Source: Gemmatimonadota bacterium (GTDB lineage Bacteria; Gemmatimonadota; Gemmatimonadetes; Palauibacterales; Palauibacteraceae). From it: a DNA stretch of 15,907 nt. A program made the position numbers and the translations under genes. The notes beneath the pieces were generated by a model that saw only the letters and a list, made by a program, of their open reading frames with translations, had not been told where the DNA came from and did not search any database. The stretch covers positions 1 to 15,907 of the forward strand of contig JBHIAV010000056.1 in the NCBI GenBank assembly GCA_046758745.1. The letters are read 5' to 3'. Position 1 is the first letter of the stretch. Every line of letters begins with the position of its first letter. This document shows positions 7,298 through 15,343 of this stretch, piece by piece.

Positions 7298-7326
7298 AGA
7301 ATAGGCACGGCTCGTCGCCCCTGCAA
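7298..7326 (-). promoter_or_regulatory. Sigma70-like promoter for the ferredoxin
   Basis: Minus strand reads TTGCAG-N17-TATTCT, about 75 nt upstream of the ATG. Confidence 0.6.
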
Positions 7327-7507
7327 CGCTCGCGGTCGCGGGTTCTCACCAGGGCGGGAATCGGATGCTCGCGCCCGGCCGCGCTCGCCGATCCACCGCG
7401 CGTCGCCCGAGCGCGGGAAACCGAGCGGCGAGACGGTCCGGCTTCCGTCGTCCCGGGCTGGCTTCCAAGCGCGGATCCATTCGCCGTCGGGGCGCGTTCC
7501 TTGCGAG

Positions 7508-7536
7508 TGGACGCGGCGGGCGATGGCGGGTAGCTT
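7508..7536 (+). promoter_or_regulatory. Possible sigma70-like promoter for the lipA-pdh operon
   Basis: TGGACG-N17-TAGCTT followed by a T-rich stretch, about 60 nt upstream of the proposed lipA start. Confidence 0.4.
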
Positions 7537-7595
7537 TTTACGTTTTGGTGCGGCCGGCCATGACCGGCGGGATGGCTCAGCGGATAGGAGACGCA

Positions 7596-8591
7596 TTGAG
7601 GCAGCTCACGGTTCTCCAGCCCAACGGAAGCGGTGCTCCGCCGATGGCGCAGGGGCACCCGCCGGCGGGCCACCTCGGGCAAAAGGCGATGGAGGCCGCG
7701 CCGTCCACCGCCCCGTGGCCGGAGAAGAAACCCCGCTGGCTCAAGGTGCGAGCGCCGGGCGGTGAGAACTATCGGCGCTTGCAAGGCCTCATGCGGAACC
7801 TGGTTCTTCACTCGGTGTGTGAGGAAGCCCACTGCCCCAATATCGGAGAGTGCTGGGAGACAGGCACCGCGACGTTCCTGATCATGGGCGATGTGTGCAC
7901 GCGCAACTGCCCGTACTGCGCGATCGCACACGGGCGCCCCGCGCAGCTGGACGAGGACGAACCGCGCCGCGTCGCGGAGGCAATCGGGCGACTCGCCCTG
8001 AGTCACGTGGTGATCACCTCGGTGGACCGCGACGACCTGCCGGACGGAGGGGCCCGCATCTTCGCCGAGGTGATCCGGGAGATTCGCCAGCGTCTGCCGG
8101 CCTGCTCGATCGAGGTCCTGACACCCGATTTCCAGGGAGACCCGGAAGCGGTGGCGACCGTCATCGCCGCCCGACCGGCGATCTTCAACCACAACATGGA
8201 GACCGTGCGGCGCCTCCACCGTACGGCCCGACCGGGCGGGCGCTATGACCGCTCGCTGGGAGTGCTGCGGAAGGCGCGCGAACTGGACCCCCACGTGCTG
8301 ATCAAGACCGGGGCCATGCTCGGTCTCGGTGAGCGGGCGGAGGAGGTGCGCGAGTTCATGGCCGATGCCCTGGAGGCGGGCGTGCAGATCCTGACCCTCG
8401 GTCAGTATCTCCGGCCGTCGCCGGCGCACCTGCCGATCGACCGCTACGTGACGCCGGACGAGTTCACTGAGTGGAAGCGGGTCGGCGAGCAGATCGGCTT
8501 CCTGCACGTGGAGAGCGGCCCGCTCGTCCGCAGCAGCTATCACGCCAGGGAGCAGGTGGTCGAGCTGAAGGCCCGGGCGGGGATGGCCTGA
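7596..8591 (+). CDS. lipA: Lipoyl synthase (radical SAM); probable TTG start (alternatives ATG 7560 or 7572)
   Basis: [19 protein letters not shown] (Cx4Cx5C), CTRNCPYC (radical SAM CxxxCxxC), [31 protein letters not shown] and C-terminal VRSSYHA. AGGAG lies 5 nt before TTG 7596. Confidence 0.97.
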   Translation: MRQLTVLQPNGSGAPPMAQGHPPAGHLGQKAMEAAPSTAPWPEKKPRWLKVRAPGGENYRRLQGLMRNLVLHSVCEEAHCPNIGECWETGTATFLIMGDVCTRNCPYCAIAHGRPAQLDEDEPRRVAEAIGRLALSHVVITSVDRDDLPDGGARIFAEVIREIRQRLPACSIEVLTPDFQGDPEAVATVIAARPAIFNHNMETVRRLHRTARPGGRYDRSLGVLRKARELDPHVLIKTGAMLGLGERAEEVREFMADALEAGVQILTLGQYLRPSPAHLPIDRYVTPDEFTEWKRVGEQIGFLHVESGPLVRSSYHAREQVVELKARAGMA

Positions 8592-8698
8592 GCCGCCGGC
8601 CGCGAGCCCCGGCCCGGTGGAGGGCCGTGGCGGGCCGGCCGGTGGAAATCGAACCGAGAGCGTCCCGGCAGCTTGCCGGCGGACGCAGGAGTCGAAAC

Positions 8699-9748
8699 TT
8701 GGCAACGACAGCGAGAGAGATGACGGGGGACGAGCTCCTGGGACTCTCCCCGGAGGAGCTCCGGGAGATGCTCCGCTCGATGCTCCTGTCACGTCGGTTC
8801 GAGGAGAAGTGCGTCGAGGCTTACCAGATGGGCAAGATCGGCGGTTTCTGTCACCTCTACATCGGCCAGGAAGCGGTCGCCACCGGCGCCATCTCGGCGC
8901 TTCGGTCGGACGACTACGTGATCACGGCCTACCGCGACCATGCGCAGGCGTTGGTGCGGGGGGTGAGCCCGGAGTCGGTGATGGCCGAGCTGTACGGCCG
9001 CATCGACGGCTGCTCGAGAGGGAAGGGCGGCTCGATGCATCTGTTCGACCGAAGCGTGAACTTTCTCGGTGGCCACGCGATCGTTGGGGCTCATCTGCCG
9101 CTCGCCGCCGGCGTCGGTTACGCCATCCGCTACCGGGGCGGAGACCAGGTGTGCCTGTGCCTGTTCGGCGATTCGGTGGTGAACATCGGAGCCTTCCACG
9201 AAACCTTCAACATGGTGGCCCGCTGGGAGCTTCCTGTCATCTTCATCGTAGAGAACAACGAATACGGGATGGGGACGGGGATCCGTCGCGTCGCAGCCGT
9301 GCGCGAGCTGGTGGATCGCGCCTGCGCGTACGAGGGGATGGACTCCGTCCAGGTGGATGGCATGGACGTCCTCGCGGTCCGGGAGACCACCGACCACGCC
9401 GTGCGGTTGGCGCGCCAGGAGAAGCGACCCACCTTCATCGAGGCCAAGTGCTACCGGTACCTGGGTCACTCCATGGCCGATCCTTCCCACGGCACCTATC
9501 GCACGCGCGACGAGGTGCAAAGGGAGCGGGAGAACGACCCGATCATCGGCTTCCGGCAGCGCCTGCTGAACGCCGGCCTGATCACCGATAGCGAGTTCGA
9601 CGAGATGGACGCCGAGGTGATCGAGCGGGTGGAGTCCGCGGCGCGCCGTGCGGACGAGAGCTCTGAGCCGGACTACTCGGAGATCTACACGGACGTCTAC
9701 TCGGACGAGTTCCCCGGCGGCCTCGAGCGGAGGGACGCATGGCGCTGA
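8699..9748 (+). CDS. pdhA: Pyruvate dehydrogenase E1 alpha subunit; probable TTG start (alternative ATG 8720)
   Basis: RRFEEKC..Y..GKIGGFCHLYIGQEA, YRDH, GKGGSMH, ThDP motif GDS-x26-NN and RYLGHSMADP..YRT. AGGAG lies 7 nt before TTG 8699. Confidence 0.96.
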   Translation: MATTAREMTGDELLGLSPEELREMLRSMLLSRRFEEKCVEAYQMGKIGGFCHLYIGQEAVATGAISALRSDDYVITAYRDHAQALVRGVSPESVMAELYGRIDGCSRGKGGSMHLFDRSVNFLGGHAIVGAHLPLAAGVGYAIRYRGGDQVCLCLFGDSVVNIGAFHETFNMVARWELPVIFIVENNEYGMGTGIRRVAAVRELVDRACAYEGMDSVQVDGMDVLAVRETTDHAVRLARQEKRPTFIEAKCYRYLGHSMADPSHGTYRTRDEVQRERENDPIIGFRQRLLNAGLITDSEFDEMDAEVIERVESAARRADESSEPDYSEIYTDVYSDEFPGGLERRDAWR

Positions 9749-10722
9749 TCACCTACCGGGAGGCGCTGAACCAGGCGCTGATCGAGGAGATGGATCGGGA
9801 CGATGGCGTCATCCTGCTCGGGGAAGAGGTCGGCCTGTACGATGGGGCGTACAAGGTGTCCAAGGGGTTGCTCGACCGCTTCGGCGAGTGGAGGGTGCGG
9901 GACACGCCGATCGCCGAGTACAGCTTCGCCGGGCTCGGCATCGGGATGGCCGCCGTCGGGCTGCGTCCCGTGGTGGAGTTCATGACCTGGAACTTCGCCC
10001 TGCTCGCGCACGATGCGATCGTGAACACCGCCGCCAAGCTGCACCACATGTCCGGCGGCCAGTACAACGTCCCGATCGTGTTTCGTGGCCCGGGCGGGGC
10101 GGCGCTGCAGCTATCCTCGCAGCATTCGCAGGTCCCCGATCCCTGGTACGCCAACATCCCGGGGCTCAAGGTGTGCGTCCCGGCTACACCGGCGGACGCC
10201 AAGGGGCTGCTGAAAAGCGCGATTCGGGACGACGACCCGGTCGTGTTCATAGAGGGCGAGCTCCTGTACAACGTGAAGGGAGAGGTGCCGGACGTCGAGC
10301 ACCTGACGCCCATCGGGGTGGCGGATGTGAAGCGGGAGGGCAGCGACGTGACGGTGATCGCGCACTCGCGGATGGTTCACGAGGCGCTGCGGGCCGCCGA
10401 CACCCTGGCGGATCGGTACGGGGTGAGCGCCGAGGTGGTCGACCTGCGCACGCTCCGTCCCCTCGACGTGGACGCGGTCCTCGCCTCCGTCAGGAAGACG
10501 AACCGGGCCGTGGTGGTCGAGGAGGGGTGGCCGGTGTGCGGCATCGGGGCTCAGGTCGTGGACGACATCCAGCGTGAGGCGTTCGACTGGCTCGACGCCC
10601 CGATCGCGCGCGTCTCCGGCCTGGACGTCCCGATGCACTACGCCCGGCAGCTCGAAAAGCGGATCATCCCAAGCGCCCCCAACGTGGTGGAGGCGGTCAA
10701 GCACGTCTGCTATCTGAACTGA
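9739..10722 (+). CDS. pdhB: Pyruvate dehydrogenase E1 beta subunit
   Basis: ITYREALNQA, GEEVGLYDGAYKVSKGL, DTPIAE, RPVVEFMTWNF, VFRGPGG, SQHSQ and EVVDLRTLRPLD. Overlaps the end of pdhA by 10 nt, consistent with translational coupling. Confidence 0.96.
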   Translation: MALITYREALNQALIEEMDRDDGVILLGEEVGLYDGAYKVSKGLLDRFGEWRVRDTPIAEYSFAGLGIGMAAVGLRPVVEFMTWNFALLAHDAIVNTAAKLHHMSGGQYNVPIVFRGPGGAALQLSSQHSQVPDPWYANIPGLKVCVPATPADAKGLLKSAIRDDDPVVFIEGELLYNVKGEVPDVEHLTPIGVADVKREGSDVTVIAHSRMVHEALRAADTLADRYGVSAEVVDLRTLRPLDVDAVLASVRKTNRAVVVEEGWPVCGIGAQVVDDIQREAFDWLDAPIARVSGLDVPMHYARQLEKRIIPSAPNVVEAVKHVCYLN

Positions 10723-10834
10723 CACGTCCGGCGGCGGCGACGCGCACCTGCCGGAGTGGAGGTACGTCGGCTGGTCCCCCCGGTGACGGCGGGCGTGATT
10801 CCTTTCTCCCAGAGCGACGGCGAAACCGGAGGGA

Positions 10835-12127
10835 ATGGCAACCAAGGTCGTGATGGCGCAGCTCAGCCCGACGATGGAGGAGGGCAAGCTGCTCGAGTGG
10901 AAAGTAGAGGAAGGCGCCGAGATCGCCCAGGGTGACATCCTGGCCGAGATCGAGACCGACAAGGCCAACATGGACGTCGAGGCGCTGGGCAGCGGGGTGC
11001 TGCGGAAGATCCTCGTGTCGGCGGGCCGCACCGTGCCGGTCGGTGCGATCATCGGCGTGATCGCGGCTCCGGACGAGGACATCTCGGCGATCCTGGCGCA
11101 AGCCGAGGCCGAAGCCGCCGCGGCGGCACCACCGGAGGCCGGCCTCGCGGCCGTCTCGGCCGGGTCGGGGGCGGAGGGGGCACCCGCGGCGCCGACCGGC
11201 GGCGCCGGCGTCGCTTCGGGTGCCGCGGAACCCCCCCCGCCCGAGCCGCGAGCGGCCGAGGCGCCGGCGCCGGGGACGGAGGCCAGAGAAGATGGTCGCG
11301 CCAAGGCCTCGCCGCTCGCCCGCAAGATGGCGCGGGAGGAGGGACTCCGGATCTCGGACATCACCGGCTCCGGCCCGGCCGGCAGGATCATCAAGAGAGA
11401 CATCGAGGCGGCGCTGGCCGGGCGCACGGCCGCCCCGGCGCGCCTCGTCGAACAGACGATCGGGCTGAGCCAGATGCGGAAGGCGATCGCCCGCCGGCTC
11501 ACGCAGTCGATCGGTCCCGTCCCGACCTTCTACCTGACGACCGAGATCGACATGGAGCGGGCTCTCGAGCTCCGGGCCGACATGAACGCCAGACTGGAGA
11601 GCGGCAAGATCGGAGTGAACCACCTGCTCATCAAGGTGGCGGCGGAAGCGCTCGTCCGGCACCCCGAGATCAACGCCTCGTGGACCGGTGAGGCGATCCG
11701 GCGGCATGGGAGCGCGGACATCGGAATCGCGGTGGCGATCGAGGACGGCCTCATCACACCGGTCCTCCGGTTGGCCGACCGCAAGGGGCTTCTGGCGATC
11801 TCCGTCGAGGCTCGCGACCTGATCGAGCGCGCCCGTGCCCGCCGGCTGTCGCCCGAAGAGTACCAGGGAGCCACCTTCACGATCAGCAATCTCGGGATGT
11901 TCGAGATCGATCAGTTCACCGCGATCATCAATCCTCCCGAGGCGGCGATCCTCGCCGTCGGGCGCACCGAGGAGAAGCCCGTCGTCGTGGATGGCCAGAT
12001 CGCGGTGCGCAGGAGGATGCGGGTGACCCTGTCATGCGACCACCGGGTCATCGACGGGGCGACGGGAGCCCGCTTCCTCGACACCTTCAAGGTGATGCTC
12101 GAGAACCCGCTCGAGCTGGTTCTCTAG
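10835..12127 (+). CDS. pdhC: Pyruvate dehydrogenase E2, dihydrolipoamide acetyltransferase with a single lipoyl domain
   Basis: Lipoyl domain LSPTMEEG..EIETDKA, Ala/Pro linker, subunit-binding domain KASPLARKMA..GSGPAGRI, and catalytic TFTISNLG and DHRVIDG. RBS GGAGG. Confidence 0.96.
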   Translation: MATKVVMAQLSPTMEEGKLLEWKVEEGAEIAQGDILAEIETDKANMDVEALGSGVLRKILVSAGRTVPVGAIIGVIAAPDEDISAILAQAEAEAAAAAPPEAGLAAVSAGSGAEGAPAAPTGGAGVASGAAEPPPPEPRAAEAPAPGTEAREDGRAKASPLARKMAREEGLRISDITGSGPAGRIIKRDIEAALAGRTAAPARLVEQTIGLSQMRKAIARRLTQSIGPVPTFYLTTEIDMERALELRADMNARLESGKIGVNHLLIKVAAEALVRHPEINASWTGEAIRRHGSADIGIAVAIEDGLITPVLRLADRKGLLAISVEARDLIERARARRLSPEEYQGATFTISNLGMFEIDQFTAIINPPEAAILAVGRTEEKPVVVDGQIAVRRRMRVTLSCDHRVIDGATGARFLDTFKVMLENPLELVL

Positions 12128-12145
12128 CGGGCCCCGTATGCCGCC

Positions 12146-12257
12146 GCCGGAGCGGGCCGGCCGGGAGCGGGGCGCGTGTGCCGTCCCCCGTGTGCGTCGC
12201 CGGAGCGGGCCGGCCGGGAGCGGGTGCGTGCGCCGTCCCCCGTGTGCGCAGCCGGAG
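12146..12257. repeat. 52-53 bp direct tandem repeat (2 copies plus flanking partial copies) between pdhC and lpdA
   Basis: gccggagcgggccggccgggagcggggcgcgtgtgccgtcccccgtgtgcgtc (from 12146) and gccggagcgggccggccgggagcgggtgcgtgcgccgtcccccgtgtgcgca (from 12199), then gccggag at 12251. Confidence 0.9.
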
Positions 12258-12329
12258 GCCCGCGCCGCCCGCGGCATCCGTCCGGGCGGGTACGGATCCG
12301 AGACACATCCCGAGCGATGAGGCGAATCC

Positions 12330-13739
12330 ATGGCTGATGCGTTCGATGTCGTGGTGATCGGGGCTGGACCGGCCGGCTACACCTGCGCGATCCGAGCCGC
12401 CCAGCTCGGCCTGAAGACGGCGTGCGTGGAGAACGACTCGTACGAAGGTGGCCTCGGCGGCACCTGTCTGAACTGGGGGTGCATCCCGGCGAAGGCGCTG
12501 CTGGAGAGCGCCGCCCTGGCGCAGAACCTGAGGTCACACGGCGCCGAGATGGGCGTGAATCCGATCCAGGTCGAGTACGACATCCGGACCGCGGTGGATC
12601 GCAGCCGCTCGATCAGCGAGAAGCTGACGAAGGGGATCGGCTACCTCTTCAAGAAGAATGAGGTGGAGCCGCTGAAGGGCGCCGGCCGTCTCGCCGGGAC
12701 CGGGGCGGTGCGCGTGGAGCCAGAGGACGGCGAGCCGTACACGGTCGCGGCGAAGAACGTGGTGATCGCCACCGGAGCGGTGATGGAGTCGCTGCCGGGC
12801 TTCGAGATCGACGGGGACAGGGTGATCGGAAGCCGCGAGGCGTTGGCGCTCCGCGTAGCGCCCGAGAAGATGGTGATCGTCGGGGCGGGCTTCGTGGGCG
12901 TGGAGTTCGCCGACGTCTTCAGCGCCTTCGGGGTCCATGTGACCCTCGTGGAGGCGCTCGGTACTCTGGTCCCGCTGGAGGACGCCGAGATCGGGAAGGC
13001 ACTCGCCCGATCCTTCAAGAAGCGCGGGATGACCGTGAAGACGGAAACGAAGGTGAAGACTCTTGAGCGTGATGCTCGGCCCATGGTCCTCACGATGGAG
13101 ACCGATGAGGGTGAGGAGAAGATAGAGACCGACATCGTGCTCATGGCGGTGGGTCGGAGGCCGGTGACAGAGGAGATCGGCCTCGAGGAGGCCGGAGTGA
13201 AGGTCGAGGACGGCTTCATCAAGATCGACGAGTGGTGCCGCACAGCTGTCCCCGGCGTGTACGCGATCGGGGACGTCGCCGGTCCGCCCATGCTTGCACA
13301 CAAGGGCTCCCACGAGGGGATCGTGGTCGCGGAGCATATCGCCGGGCATGCCACGCATCCGGTGCGGTACGACAACATCCCGAGCGTGGGGTACTGCCAT
13401 CCGGAGGTGGCCAGCATCGGGATGACCGAGGAGAAGGCGAAGGCGGCGGGGCTCGAGGTGCGAGTCGGCAAGTACCCGTTGGGCTCGCACGGCCGTGCCC
13501 TCACGGCGGGGCAGAACGACGGATTCGTCAAAGTGGTGGCCGAAGCGAAGTACGGAGAGATCCTCGGCGTGCACATGATCGGGCACAACGTCAGCGAGCT
13601 CGTGGCCGAGGCGGGCATCGCGCGGGCGCTCGAGGCGACGCTGGACGAGATCGTCGCCCACGCCCACGCGCACCCGAGCATGGCCGAGGCCGTGATGGAG
13701 GCCGCCTTCGCGGCCCTCGGCCGGCCGATCAATATCTGA
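12330..13739 (+). CDS. lpdA: Dihydrolipoyl dehydrogenase (E3)
   Basis: FAD-binding DVVVIGAGPAGY, redox disulfide GGTCLNWGCIP, NAD-binding IVGAGFVGVE, GVYAIGD, MLAHK and C-terminal HAHPSMAE. Confidence 0.97.
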   Translation: MADAFDVVVIGAGPAGYTCAIRAAQLGLKTACVENDSYEGGLGGTCLNWGCIPAKALLESAALAQNLRSHGAEMGVNPIQVEYDIRTAVDRSRSISEKLTKGIGYLFKKNEVEPLKGAGRLAGTGAVRVEPEDGEPYTVAAKNVVIATGAVMESLPGFEIDGDRVIGSREALALRVAPEKMVIVGAGFVGVEFADVFSAFGVHVTLVEALGTLVPLEDAEIGKALARSFKKRGMTVKTETKVKTLERDARPMVLTMETDEGEEKIETDIVLMAVGRRPVTEEIGLEEAGVKVEDGFIKIDEWCRTAVPGVYAIGDVAGPPMLAHKGSHEGIVVAEHIAGHATHPVRYDNIPSVGYCHPEVASIGMTEEKAKAAGLEVRVGKYPLGSHGRALTAGQNDGFVKVVAEAKYGEILGVHMIGHNVSELVAEAGIARALEATLDEIVAHAHAHPSMAEAVMEAAFAALGRPINI

Positions 13740-13823
13740 GCCGACCGTGGGACCATCCGCCGCGGGCGGCCCGCCGGGCCTGCCCCCCGCCGGCCAGGAT
13801 CAGGTAGGAGGCAGCGACCAGCG

Positions 13824-14600
13824 GTGAGCCGCACGATCTTCCTGGTGCCCGTCGAGGGACGTGTCCGGTACGGCCTCGGGCTCGAATGGCAGCGTCGGCT
13901 CGCCAGCGAGCGGATCGACGGGTCGCTCGCCGCCGACGTGGTGCTCCTGCTGGAGCACGAGCCGGTGCTCACACTGGGCAGGGGAGCGGCCGACCCGCAT
14001 GTGGTGGCGGCTCCAGACCTCCTCGAGCGGGCTGGCGTCGACCGGTTCGAGGTCGAGCGAGGCGGGGACGTCACCTATCACGGGCCGGGGCAGCTGGTCG
14101 GGTACCCGATCCTCGATCTCCGCGGCTACCGAAAGGATCTCCACTGGTATCTTCGCACGCTCGAGGAGGCGATCATCACGGCGCTCGGAGTTCTCGATGC
14201 GCCGGCCTTCCGCGTCCCGGCGTACACCGGCGTGTGGGTCGGAGACCCGGTCCGTCTCGATGAGGGCCGCGATCCCACGGCGGTGCACGGGCTTGTGCCG
14301 ACGGGGCGGATTCGCAAGATCGCATCGATCGGGGTGCATGTGAGCCGCTGGGTGACCTGGCACGGCTTTGCCCTCAACGTCACGGAGGAGCCCCTTCGAA
14401 GCTTCAGCCTCATCATCCCGTGCGGCATCGACGGGGTCCGGATGACGAGTCTCGAGTCGGAGGGAGTCGAGGCCGGAGCGGAGGCGCTTCGCGGGGCCTT
14501 GGCCACGGGCTTCGCCCGGGCGTTCGGCGCGGACGTGCGCATCGCAGCCCCCACGAGACCCGGTGAGCGGGTCGATCTCGGCGTCCCTACGCCTCCCTGA
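13824..14600 (+). CDS. lipB: Octanoyltransferase (lipoyl(octanoyl) transferase)
   Basis: LLLEHEPVLTLGR, ERGGDVTYHGPGQLVGYPI, RKIASIG, VTWHGFALNV and IIPCGI (catalytic Lys/Cys). GTG start with AGGAGG upstream. Confidence 0.95.
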   Translation: MSRTIFLVPVEGRVRYGLGLEWQRRLASERIDGSLAADVVLLLEHEPVLTLGRGAADPHVVAAPDLLERAGVDRFEVERGGDVTYHGPGQLVGYPILDLRGYRKDLHWYLRTLEEAIITALGVLDAPAFRVPAYTGVWVGDPVRLDEGRDPTAVHGLVPTGRIRKIASIGVHVSRWVTWHGFALNVTEEPLRSFSLIIPCGIDGVRMTSLESEGVEAGAEALRGALATGFARAFGADVRIAAPTRPGERVDLGVPTPP

Positions 14601-14655
14601 GGGGGCGGTTCGGCGCCTCCCCGGAGGCGGGGCGTCGCTTGCTTTGGGAGACGTC

Positions 14656-15324
14656 ATGGCGAAGCTGTTCGATATCCTGGGCCCGACCATGGTGGGACCA
14701 TCGAGTTCCCACACGGCCGGTGCCTGCCGCCTCGGCTACGTTGTGCAGGCGGTGATCGGGGGGACCCCGGAGCGAGCCCGCATTGGGCTGCACGGGAGCT
14801 TTGCCATGACCGGTGAGGGCCACGGAACGAAGCCCGCGATCGTCGGGGGCCTCCTCGGATTCCTTCCCGACGACGTTCGGCTGCGAGACAGCCTGGAGCG
14901 ATCGGAGGGAGCGGGGCTGGACTACGAGTTCGTGAACGTCGATCTCGGGGAGACGGCCCACCCGAACACCGTGAGCTTTCAGGTGTGGCGCGCCGGCACC
15001 GAAACGAGGATCGTCGGCTGTTCGATCGGCGGCGGTCAGATCCAGGTTCGCGAGATCGACGGCTTCGAGGTCGACCTCACCGGAACGCTGCCGACATTGG
15101 TCGTAGTCGCCGACGACGTTCCTGGGACGGTGGCGCAGATCACCGGCTTGCTGGCGGCGCGGGGCCTGAACCTCGCGACGATGCGGGTAGACCGTACCGG
15201 GCGTGGCGAGCGCGCCCTCATGACCATCGAGACCGACGCGGAGGTGCCCGCGGATCTCGTCGAGGAGCTTCGCCGCCAGACGTGGGTGCACTGGATACGT
15301 AACGTCCGGCAGCTGAACGCCTGA
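14656..15324 (+). CDS. sdaAB: Fe-S-dependent L-serine dehydratase, beta subunit (C-terminal ACT domain)
   Basis: LFDILGPTMVGPSSSHTAGACRLG, GSFAMTGEGHGT, HPNT, SIGGG and ACT-like DVPGTVAQITGLLA..LNLATMRV. GGGAG precedes the ATG at 14656. Confidence 0.93.
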   Translation: MAKLFDILGPTMVGPSSSHTAGACRLGYVVQAVIGGTPERARIGLHGSFAMTGEGHGTKPAIVGGLLGFLPDDVRLRDSLERSEGAGLDYEFVNVDLGETAHPNTVSFQVWRAGTETRIVGCSIGGGQIQVREIDGFEVDLTGTLPTLVVVADDVPGTVAQITGLLAARGLNLATMRVDRTGRGERALMTIETDAEVPADLVEELRRQTWVHWIRNVRQLNA

Positions 15325-15343
15325 ACGTGCCGGCCGGAGGACC

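Noticed and set aside
6283-7533. Long ORFs across the intergenic gap (6283-7533 +, 6391-6774 -, 6614-7108 -, 6621-7169 -)
   Set aside because: They give Arg/Pro/Gly-rich low-complexity translations, overlap the real ferredoxin, its terminator and promoter motifs, and show no recognisable domains. This is typical of GC-rich shadow ORFs.
12146-12257. CRISPR array interpretation of the direct repeats here and at 6666-6730
   Set aside because: The copies are contiguous with no unique spacers, there are only 2-3 units, and no cas genes are nearby.
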